Virus record (IMG/VR): IMGVR_UViG_3300023371_000005
Length of the DNA stretch: 64,000 bases
Direction: 5' to 3' (one strand)
Source: a virus
Taxonomy: Duplodnaviria; Heunggongvirae; Uroviricota; Caudoviricetes
Shown: positions 1 to 7,509 of the stretch, one piece after another
Layout of the letters: the number at the start of each line of letters is the position of its first letter
Numbering within the stretch: position 1 is the stretch's first letter
Translations under genes and position numbers: made by a program
The notes under the pieces: model-generated
What the model saw: the letters and a program-made list of their open reading frames with translations, nothing else
Databases searched by the model: none
Told to the model about the DNA's origin: nothing

Positions 1-19
1 TCAATTCCGCCAGTTTCCC
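1..19 (-). tRNA. 5' part of a tRNA truncated by the window edge (Leu-type D arm)
   Basis: Minus strand reads GGGAAACTGGCGGAATTGA, like the intact Leu tRNA at 9243-9328. Confidence 0.6.
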
Positions 20-28
20 AAATTTATA

Positions 29-646
29 AACCTGATAAGTTTGCTGACCTTCGTCATACTCCCTATAACCTTCAACCATATTCAATCACCGGGGAGACAA
101 GTCTGAGCCTTCGGGAGCGACCCTAAGCTTCTTGCCCCAGTAGTTCTGACACACCAGAGGCGGCCTTTCCTACCCTATCCCGCAGAGGACTGATTGCCTC
201 TAACTTTCACTCGCCATTCAGAATTGTTTAAGTCTATTAAACCATACTATCTAAACAGCCCAATCTTTCTTCTCGTCGTTGCGATAGAGCTACTCGTACC
301 CTGACCTTACCTTATAGCCGGATTACTCCGACATCAACGCAGACTTCCTTATTGGTGTACCTTGGTCTGGAACAGTCACCAGCTAATCCCTAACAAGGCT
401 TATTCCCCACGGGGGCGTCTATTGCGGAAGCGATAAGACGGTATTTTTGATTGCGGTTATCTTTGCACTCCTCTCCATCCAGGCCCTCCCTTTGGAGGCG
501 GCTCTCTTATGTCACCACAAGAGAATCTACCTATTACCGGCTATCGTCGGTAAGATTGCTTTTCGGACTCCTGGTACCCACAGGCAGGATGAGGATCTCG
601 GCACGATGGTATTCGTTCTTCACCGAGTTGCAAACTTATCAAGGTT
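29..646 (-). ncRNA. Large structured ncRNA, ROOL-like
   Basis: ~16-bp closing helix (630-646 AACCTTGATAAGTTTGC with 29-44 GCAAACTTATCAGGTT), 618 nt, no credible ORF, inside a tRNA array. ROOL rather than GOLLD is judged from size and recalled 3' motifs only. Confidence 0.65.
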
Positions 647-716
647 CATGACAGTCATTAGTCGAAATCGCACTCACCAGGGTTATTCACCGGAGGGTTT
701 CTGTCAGGAGTGCTTC

Positions 717-794
717 AAGGCTCACTTTTTTCTCATACAGTTGGAGCGAGTTGCAGTCGCAAATTTTATGAATAAGAATTGCTGTTTGAGCCTT
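717..794 (-). ncRNA. Wrapper W1 enclosing a Cys(GCA) anticodon arm
   Basis: AAGGCTC-AA-ACAGCAA...GCGA-CTGCAAC-TCGC...GAGCCTT-G. Confidence 0.75.
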
Positions 795-802
795 ATATTT
801 AT

Positions 803-831
803 ATTATAACAAATTTTTTTTGAAAAGTCAA
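803..831 (-). promoter_or_regulatory. Sigma-A-type promoter driving W1 and the ROOL-like RNA
   Basis: TTGACT-17-TATAAT. Near-identical AT-rich promoters at 2002-2030, 2829-2857, 8001-8029, 9758-9785, 10060-10088, 10520-10548, 17133-17161 and others. Confidence 0.85.
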
Positions 832-1135
832 ATTTTTGGTGAAGGGTCATTATTCCCGTTGCCCCTTCGGCCGGTCGCGCAGAACACATTTCGGTTTTTG
901 GCCAGGTTGACCGCAAACCTGCCTCATGTGTTATTACACCAAAGGTCCGCCGTACGCATCGCACCACTCATTATAGGATGGCTACTTTCAAAGCCCACCT
1001 TTGAGGTTTTTCAGAGATTTATACTTGGTTCCCATCCAAGAACTCCTACTTTTGGCAACTCATAGGTTCGACACATTTTCGCATTTCTGGGGCAGCGGCC
1101 GATTAGGAACGTAACGCCATTATCCACTATGAGTT

Positions 1136-1209
1136 TGGCTCCCGCTGATGGACTCGAACCACCAAATGCAGAGTCAGAGTCTGCCGTTTTGCCATTAGAC
1201 TAAGCGGGA
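1136..1209 (-). tRNA. tRNA-Gln(CTG)
   Basis: Cloverleaf, GCAGA-CT CTG AC-TCTGC, CCA. Confidence 0.95.
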
Positions 1210-1221
1210 ATATAAATGTTC

Positions 1222-1284
1222 AAGACTCAGTTTCTGGTAGACAAGTTAAAAGGTTGTTCCAAAATAAATTGCTGTTAGAGTCTT
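1222..1284 (-). ncRNA. Wrapper W2 enclosing a Lys(TTT)-like anticodon arm
   Basis: AAGACTC-TA-ACAGCAA...ACAAC-CTTTTAA-CTTGT...GAGTCTT-G. Confidence 0.7.
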
Positions 1285-1312
1285 AGATGTTGAATGAATA
1301 TAAAAAGGCTTA

Positions 1313-1388
1313 TGGCTGGGGATAAGGGAGTCGAACCCCTACAGACCAGGAGTCAAAGTCCTGCGCGCTACCATTACGCCAATCCCCA
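1313..1388 (-). tRNA. tRNA-Gln(TTG)
   Basis: Cloverleaf, CAGGA-CT TTG AC-TCCTG, CCA. Confidence 0.95.
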
Positions 1389-1396
1389 ATATAAAC

Positions 1397-1505
1397 AAGG
1401 CACTTGAAGTCTATTGTACTACCGATTGTACTATTTTCTAAAATGGCTAGAAAAATGGGACTTGAACCCACAACACATAGAATGTGTAATTGCTGTATGT
1501 GCCTT
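1397..1505 (-). ncRNA. Wrapper W3 enclosing a circularly permuted Trp-like tRNA (possible UCA anticodon)
   Basis: 3' half (TCTAT, T arm, TTTTCTA-G-CCA) precedes 5' half (TAGAAAA, D arm, ATAGA-CTTCAA); all four stems pair. Confidence 0.8.
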
Positions 1506-1662
1506 TTATTTTATATGAACTTTACTTTTTTTACTTTCAAACACTTGGGACAGACATAAACATCATATTGCTGATCAATGACATTTGCTTCTGGGTCCCA
1601 CCATATTCGGACAGTCTTATGAAACTGCCATTCATGCTTACAAAATAAAGACCGTATCCAAC

Positions 1663-1977
1663 TTACCATAAATCCTCCGAATAGAGAGCGTGTGCGTTCT
1701 GGAAACGGTCATCAGAAGCCATTTTCTGCCAAAGCTCCGTGTTAGGAGAAAGCTGGCCAGAGAAATAAGCTGCGCGAGCCGCGTCATATCGATCAAGGAA
1801 TTGATCTTCATCAGTCAAGAAGCCTTGAACCATTGAGGATCGCTCATAATCAATGCGAAGCTGATACATCATTTCCAGCACGTCACAATGCTGGCGACCG
1901 CACATGATTTGAAAATATTCATGACCTTTTGGCTTGAATTTGATTGCGGCTGAAATAATTCTTGGCATCTTCTTCAA
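1663..1977 (-). CDS. Phage hypothetical protein
   Basis: 104 aa downstream of promoter 2002-2030; GFLT...LYSEDLW pattern recalled from phage proteins. Confidence 0.8.
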   Translation of the reverse strand: MKKMPRIISAAIKFKPKGHEYFQIMCGRQHCDVLEMMYQLRIDYERSSMVQGFLTDEDQFLDRYDAARAAYFSGQLSPNTELWQKMASDDRFQNAHALYSEDLW

Positions 1978-2046
1978 TTCCTTTCTTTATCTTATGTATA
2001 TATTATAACATATTTTTTTGAAAAAATCAAAGAAGATTTTTTATGC

Positions 2047-2182
2047 TAGACACATTAATTAAGACATTTGCTTGTTTTACAGACAAGTGAGTTTACCAAT
2101 TTCTCAAACTAACCTAAGGGCGGTTGGTATCGGACTCGAACCGATATTATTCTTAATAGAATAAATTTGCTGTGTGTGTCTA
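2047..2182 (-). ncRNA. Wrapper W4 enclosing a circularly permuted tRNA-Tyr(GTA)
   Basis: Variable arm, T arm and ACCAACC precede GGTTAGT, D arm and CTTGT-CT GTA AA-ACAAG. Confidence 0.8.
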
Positions 2183-2298
2183 TAAATATTTGAGAGTGCG
2201 TTTATTTGAATTGGCCTATCTCTCCACTTTATCGCCTGGACCAATTTGTCTGTTCGCACCAGACGGCTCACTAAGTTTATTTGACTGCCAAAGAAGGC

Positions 2299-2374
2299 TG
2301 GTCGAAATAACAGGACTCGAACCTGTGGCCTCTTCCACCCCAAGGAAGCGCGCTACCATCTGCGCCATATCTCG
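2299..2374 (-). tRNA. tRNA-Pro(GGG)
   Basis: CTTCC-TT GGG GT-GGAAG, CCA. Confidence 0.95.
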
Positions 2375-2463
2375 AAATAAGGCAGGCTGAAAACTACTCC
2401 CTGCCAGTCGGGCACAACTCCGAAGTTTTAGTATGTGCAGTTATGAGATAGTTTGCGTTATGC

Positions 2464-2540
2464 TGGTCCGAGTGGAGAGACTCGAACTCTCGGCCTCGTG
2501 ATCCCAAATCACGCGCTCTAGCCAAACTGAGCTACACCCG
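2464..2540 (-). tRNA. tRNA-Pro(TGG)
   Basis: CGTGA-TT TGG GA-TCACG, CCA. Confidence 0.95.
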
Positions 2541-2550
2541 GATATAAAAG

Positions 2551-2618
2551 GAGGAAGCGTTCTAAACCAACCTAAACTACAGGGCCCATGTTCGGATTTG
2601 AACCGAAGTTTCTTCCTC
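2551..2618 (-). ncRNA. Permuted tRNA-like element without wrapper
   Basis: GAGGAAG, T arm (TTCGG-TTCAAAT-CCGAA), weak acceptor, D arm, CTTCCTC; opened at the anticodon loop. Confidence 0.55.
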
Positions 2619-2619
2619 T

Positions 2620-2696
2620 TGGTGCTCCAGACTGGGATCGAACCAGTGACCTCACGATTATCAGTCGTGTACTCTAACCATCTGAGCTACTGGAGC
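2620..2696 (-). tRNA. tRNA-Ile(GAT)
   Basis: CACGA-CT GAT AA-TCGTG, CCA. Confidence 0.95.
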
Positions 2697-2702
2697 ATAT
2701 TC

Positions 2703-2820
2703 AAGGCAGGTAATTTTTCTGATTCTAACGGGAATTGAACCCGTCTCTTTTTCGTGGAAGGAAAATGTCATATCCAATAGACTATAGAACTTGAAAAAAG
2801 TTATTTGCTGTATCTGCCTT
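2703..2820 (-). ncRNA. Wrapper W5 enclosing a whole tRNA-Gly(TCC) (about 2721-2790, no CCA)
   Basis: AAGGCAG-AT-ACAGCAA...TTTTC-CT TCC AC-GAAAA...CTGCCTT-G. Confidence 0.8.
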
Positions 2821-2969
2821 ATGTATATATTATATCAAAAATTTTTTTGAAAATCAACTGTTGCGGGCCGCCTCAACCGCAACATAAAGCCCACCTAATT
2901 CTGATCCTTTTGGGCCCCATCCCCATATCCAGATTAGCGATTTGTCGCAAGAGTTCTGGAGGACTCTAT

Positions 2970-3046
2970 TGGTACGGGTTGAGGGACTCGAACCCCCGAC
3001 CTACTGGTTCGTAGCCAGGTACTCTATCCAACTGAGCTAAACCCGC
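2970..3046 (-). tRNA. tRNA-Arg(ACG)
   Basis: CTGG-CT ACG AA-CCAG, CCA. Confidence 0.95.
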
Positions 3047-3059
3047 ATATTTGTGCGGA

Positions 3060-3290
3060 TTAGACCGCACGGTTATACTCATCGAGGAACTTCATAAACT
3101 TGTCAGCACTTGCGTGATCAGGGGCAACAACATTTACTTCCTTGCCGAGAATGGTGAACAGAGCCAGAAGACTCTTGGCATCTAACTGACCATAATCAGT
3201 ACCGATGAAAATATTGAAATCCTGCTTACTTGCTAACTCACTGAAACGGAATAAATCTTCCTTGGTTTCAAACTTTACAGGTGTAACCAT
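3060..3290 (-). CDS. HPr-like protein
   Basis: 76 aa with QLDAKSLLAL (HPr Ser46 motif); no GLHARP His15 motif. Confidence 0.75.
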   Translation of the reverse strand: MVTPVKFETKEDLFRFSELASKQDFNIFIGTDYGQLDAKSLLALFTILGKEVNVVAPDHASADKFMKFLDEYNRAV

Positions 3291-3398
3291 CTTGAATTTC
3301 TCCTTTTCTTCAATTTAGGATTCGCGGTGTGCGCCATGGTCGCTTGAACTTAGCCAAGCTTCGACTTCGTAAGGGGCACCGTTACTCTACTCCCTAAG

Positions 3399-3475
3399 TG
3401 GTACGCCAGGAGGGATTCGAACCCCCGACCTACTGCTTAGAAGGCAGTTGCGCTATCCTACTGAGCCACTGGCGC
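3399..3475 (-). tRNA. tRNA-Arg(TCT)
   Basis: ACTGC-CT TCT AA-GCAGT, CCA. Confidence 0.95.
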
Positions 3476-3481
3476 ATATAC

Positions 3482-3559
3482 TAGACAGAAATTACTTTAA
3501 CATTTCTTAAACCCAAAATAAGCGTTTTTAGTAAAAAATATATTTGCTGTGTCTGTCTA
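3482..3559 (-). ncRNA. Wrapper W6 with degenerate cargo (Pro(TGG)-like anticodon arm)
   Basis: TAGACAG-AC-ACAGCAA...CTTAT-TTTGGGT-TTAAG...CTGTCTA-G. Confidence 0.65.
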
Positions 3560-3637
3560 TGGGGTGAGTGACCAGACTCGAACTGGCGATCTCCAGAGCC
3601 ACAATCTGGCGCTTTAACCAACTAAGCTACACCCACC
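3560..3637 (-). tRNA. tRNA-His(GTG)
   Basis: CCAGA-TT GTG GC-TCTGG, G-1, CCA. Confidence 0.95.
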
Positions 3638-3795
3638 ATATCAAAGAGGCATATGAGTGCGGTCTTCTCCCTACTTAGCTCTCCGCATCAGAGAGTACCT
3701 CTTTATCATATCTACCCTGCTACATGGACTATCCGCGTTTATGGCCAACTCTATCCATCTTGCACCGCTTCAACCATACCCCTCGATATGACTTT

Positions 3796-3871
3796 TGGAG
3801 TGGGTAACGGGATTCGAACCCGCGACCTTCTGAATGGCAATCAGATACTCTACCAACTGAGCTACACCCAC
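3796..3871 (-). tRNA. tRNA-Gly(GCC)
   Basis: TCTGA-TT GCC AT-TCAGA, CCA. Confidence 0.95.
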
Positions 3872-4006
3872 ATATGGTATCTCCGTAGCCAGCGCAGGTC
3901 CAGTGCGCTTGTGCCTCACTTTCCTAACCTACTCCCAATATTTGCGGGTATCAACGGCGAAAGAACTTTTCTATCTATATTGGCAAATGGAACCAACTAC
4001 GGAGAG

Positions 4007-4083
4007 TGGTGCGCACTACTGGATTCGAACCAGTGACCCCCTGCTTGTAAGGCAGATGCTCTAACCAGCTGAGCTAAGCGCGC
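4007..4083 (-). tRNA. tRNA-Val(TAC)
   Basis: CTGC-CT TAC AA-GCAG, CCA. Confidence 0.95.
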
Positions 4084-4218
4084 AAATTATAGGCTGTTTA
4101 TCAAATTCCATTTACCTCTGCTTCTGGTATGCTTGTAATCCCCTTTATTATGTTGAGCACTTTAGGTCTCAACCTTTTGGACTCAAACCTTTATCGGGCA
4201 AACTTCGAGGCACCTATA

Positions 4219-4295
4219 TGGAGCCCCGAGTCGGATTCGAACCGACGACCTTTTGATTACTAATCAAATGCTCTGGCCAACTGAGCTATCGGGGC
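4219..4295 (-). tRNA. tRNA-Thr(AGT)
   Basis: TTTGA-TT AGT AA-TCAAA, CCA. Confidence 0.9.
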
Positions 4296-4452
4296 ATATT
4301 CTCCTACGAGAATCTAGAATCGTAATAACTGCCTGGAGTATAACAGAGGGGTTTTAATTTCAATGCAACTCCTACATTCAAGATGTAGTGAGGAACAGCA
4401 CAACCTGCATGACACATTTACTTTCACGCCACTATCCCGCCCCTAAAGACGC

Positions 4453-4540
4453 TGGCGGAGGAGACAGGACTCGAACCTGCACGCCCTTGCGGACGAACGG
4501 TTTTCTAGACCGTGGCAGTACCAATTATGCTTACTCCTCC
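4453..4540 (-). tRNA. tRNA-Ser(AGA)
   Basis: ACGGT-CT AGA AA-ACCGT, long variable arm, G73, CCA. Confidence 0.88.
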
Positions 4541-4714
4541 ATATAATGCGACACTTACTGGCGGCCGCAAGCCCTTGGCGTTAGATGCCTGCGTGATGCA
4601 CCGGGTGAGCTTCTTAGGCGTCCGGGTTACCTACTCTGGCATATGACCTCCATTTTGGCGTGCTCTTTCCTACCTACACTATACATCACTAAGCAAATTG
4701 TACTTCTCTGCTCT

Positions 4715-4804
4715 TGGCGGACGTGGCTGGATTCGAACCAGCGGACCCCTTACGAGGTCGGCTCCTTAGCAGGGAGCTGGATTAAGCCTCTCTCCCACAC
4801 GTCC
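4715..4804 (-). tRNA. tRNA-Ser(GCT)
   Basis: GCTCC-CT GCT AA-GGAGC, long variable arm, CCA. Confidence 0.95.
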
Positions 4805-4822
4805 ATATGAGTAAGATTGCTC

Positions 4823-5845
4823 TTACTCTTTATCTTCTTTTTCCAGAAGATTTATAAAATCCCAAAAAGATAATTTAGGAATAGTTGTATTGAAAGCATA
4901 TTCTACATCTTCTGCATATAATTTTTTCATCATATCATTATATACTTTAGTTAGTAATTGCTCATTGAATTTAGGAATACAATACTTAAAATTTCGATAC
5001 CAATAACGGCATCCCTCTAAACTTTTTTCAAGACCTTTTTGATGGGTATATGCTTCGTAAAAGAAAATATATTGACAGATTAAATTTTCATATCCATACA
5101 CTTCAATAATAGAAGGATGAACACCGTTCGATAAAGCAATTTCAAGAGCATGAACTAAATTATACCCAAGACCATAATTCTCGGTATATTTAAACTCACC
5201 ATTATTTTTACGAGTAATAGAATTTCCATCGAATAATTCAGTTGTAATCGGCTTAGGAAATTCAAATAATTGAGTCTCATTTTTTCGTCGCTCTAATTCT
5301 GCACAAACTAATCGACAAGCTAAATTAAATCCAATATCTTCTGAATAATAATGATCAGAAATGAATCTAATATTATAATTTTTCAGAAAATCCAATCGAT
5401 AAATTTTTCCATGAATTTTATTATGCGCTGGACCAACATAGCCTATTTGACGAGTATCAGAAATACCTTCTCGACCACATGAAAATACTTTAATATCTGG
5501 ATGACGCAAAACCAAATCCATTAGCTGAATAAAATGAGTTGGAAAAGATAATACATCTCCTGCATCCAAAAACATAACATATTCAGTATCACTATGGTCT
5601 AAACCATATTGTCTTGCTTGACCTGGTCCTGAATTTTCAGATAATCGAAATAAAGTTATATCTACAAATGAAGTAAATAATTGAGGAATGTCATCATAGT
5701 TCACTTCGGTAGAACAATCATCAACTATGATAACTTTAATGCCCCAATCAAGGACAGTCTATGCGATTTCACCAATAGATAACAGAGTCGAAATTAAGCC
5801 TGCTCGATTATTATAAACAGGAATAATAATTGATAAATCTTGCAT
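4823..5845 (-). CDS. Family 2 glycosyltransferase (one in-frame TAG read as Gln)
   Basis: Reading through TAG at 5759-5761 restores the N-terminal IIIPVYN...IIVDDCS; later MFLDAGD and YYSEDIGF. Confidence 0.85.
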
Positions 5846-6134
5846 TATATTCCTCCGAAATTTTTCATTAGAAATAGCAGAGTAAAAAACAAACTCACCC
5901 GAGCCTAGATGTAAAAACTCTCTGCTATATAGTAGTTTTTGTTTCTATATATTTCGAGATATATAGAAAAGGATACGTTTCCGGCAGCCACATCGCGCTG
6001 TATATTTTTTATGAGGAGGCATAAAATGAAAAACACAATGACAAAAGTACCACAGAAAGGAAACCAATGATGTGGATCTCCTGATGCCGGTCTTGACGAT
6101 AGGGTTTTGATTATATAGTCTCCTATCCGACTAT

Positions 6135-6211
6135 TGGTGGGCCAGGGCGGGATTGAACCGCCGACACGTGGATTTTCAGTCCACTGCTACTACCTGCTGA
6201 GCTACCGGCCC
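6135..6211 (-). tRNA. tRNA-Phe(GAA)
   Basis: GTGGA-CT GAA AA-TCCAC, CCA. Confidence 0.95.
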
Positions 6212-6217
6212 ATATAC

Positions 6218-6335
6218 AAGACACATTGTTTGTTTTGCAAAATGTTGGACTCGAACCAACGACCTATTGTTTATCAGACAATTGCTCACCCATCTGAGCT
6301 AATCTCGCTACAAAGCTATTTGCTGTGAGTGTCTT
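6218..6335 (-). ncRNA. Wrapper W7 enclosing a whole tRNA-Ile(GAT) (6237-6308, no CCA)
   Basis: AAGACAC-TC-ACAGCAA...ATTGT-CT GAT AA-ACAAT...GTGTCTT-G. Confidence 0.8.
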
Positions 6336-6370
6336 TATGAACACAAACGAAAGGAGAATCATTATGATTC

Positions 6371-6446
6371 TGGTTGCGTGGGGTCGGACTCGAACCGACA
6401 ATCTCTAGCTTATGAGGCTAGTGAGTTACCATTTCTCTACCCCGCA
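6371..6446 (-). tRNA. tRNA(CAT), Met (subtype not resolved)
   Basis: CTAGC-CT CAT AA-GCTAG, CCA. Confidence 0.9.
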
Positions 6447-6447
6447 A

Positions 6448-6521
6448 TGGGTGCAGCCGGAGGATTCGAACCTCGTATCCAGGTTATGAGCCTAGTGTCC
6501 TACCATTAGACGACCACTGCA
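6448..6521 (-). tRNA. tRNA(CAT), Met or Ile2
   Basis: CTAGG-CT CAT AA-CCTGG, CCA. Confidence 0.85.
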
Positions 6522-6692
6522 ATATCTAAGGGGGAGTTTTTTCCGGTCGGAGCCCCCACGACCGCACATGAAAGGAAATGAACCGCAAAGTAGCGGGTGG
6601 CAAAGCGGAGAATATTTTATCGCAACAGTTTGCAACCCATTTTGAGAACTTCTCTTTGGCTATCCAGTACCAACGCGTATGACTGGCGCTTC

Positions 6693-6768
6693 TGGTCCCT
6701 CGAGCTGGACTCGAACCAGCGACATCCCGGGTATGAACCGAGTGCTCTACCAGCTGAGCTATCGAGGG
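6693..6768 (-). tRNA. tRNA-Met(CAT), elongator-like
   Basis: CTCGG-TT CAT AC-CCGGG, CCA. Confidence 0.9.
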
Positions 6769-6964
6769 ATATTGACTAGGTACAGTCCTGCGTTTCCTGT
6801 TTTAAGCCTGACTAACTATTCTAAGGGGGCAGTCCCTTGAATTCCAAAAATCCAGGAGCCTAGTCATCTGGTAAGTAGAGAAACTGTTCTTGAAACCTCA
6901 TGCATTTTTTACAAGGCTTTCAGTTTTTTATAGTCCGGACTGGGTTAGCTCAATCCCTCTACAA

Positions 6965-7041
<77 letters not shown>

Positions 7042-7208
7042 AAATAAATGATGTTGGACAGCTATCCTTTAATATGCTCTTAAGCCCTAGGGTCATATCA
7101 ACACCCAAAGCAGTTTCACCACCAAAACTTGCTACTTAAAAAAGCGATTCTTTCGTCTCCTCTTCCACGCCCAGGTTTTCCGCTACGAGGTACTGGGAAC
7201 ATACCTTA

Positions 7209-7284
7209 TGGCAGCTTCGACGGGGATCGAACCCGCGATCTTCAGTGTGACAGACTGACGAGCACTCCACTGCTCCACGAAGCT
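7209..7284 (-). tRNA. tRNA-Asp(GTC), second copy
   Basis: TCAGT-CT GTC AC-ACTGA, CCA. Confidence 0.9.
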
Positions 7285-7433
7285 ATATTAGTAAGTTTAC
7301 TTTGCTTCCTTATATAGCGTTTTCCACTAAGCCACATATCTAAGGCATCAGTATTGCTCTGCGTATCCCTAGCCGGTGGTAGTTTAACTTACAAATCCAT
7401 GTTAACGCTTTTACATAAAGCGGCCAAGCCGCA

Positions 7434-7509
7434 TGGTGACCCCGCCGGGATTCGAACCCGGATTATCGGCGTGAGAGGCCGACCTCCTAAACCGTTAGAG
7501 GACGGGGCC
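7434..7509 (-). tRNA. tRNA-Glu(CTC)
   Basis: TCGGC-CT CTC AC-GCCGA, CCA. Confidence 0.95.

Noticed and set aside
836-1135. tmRNA or RNase P RNA
   Set aside because: No tmRNA acceptor/T arm or tag ORF, and no RNase P P4 consensus found
1547-1600. Possible ninth wrapper (GGGAC...GTCCC with AAGCAAA)
   Set aside because: Stem does not fit WAGRC, ACAGCRA spacing is absent and no tRNA-like cargo is recognisable
4453-4540. CTA inside this anticodon loop as a suppressor anticodon
   Set aside because: The 7-nt loop is CT-AGA-AA; CTA occupies positions 32-34. The long variable arm and G73 fit Ser
4541-4600. Twister-like GGCCGCAAGCCC on the plus strand
   Set aside because: Opposite to the transcribed strand, and the required pseudoknot pairings could not be built
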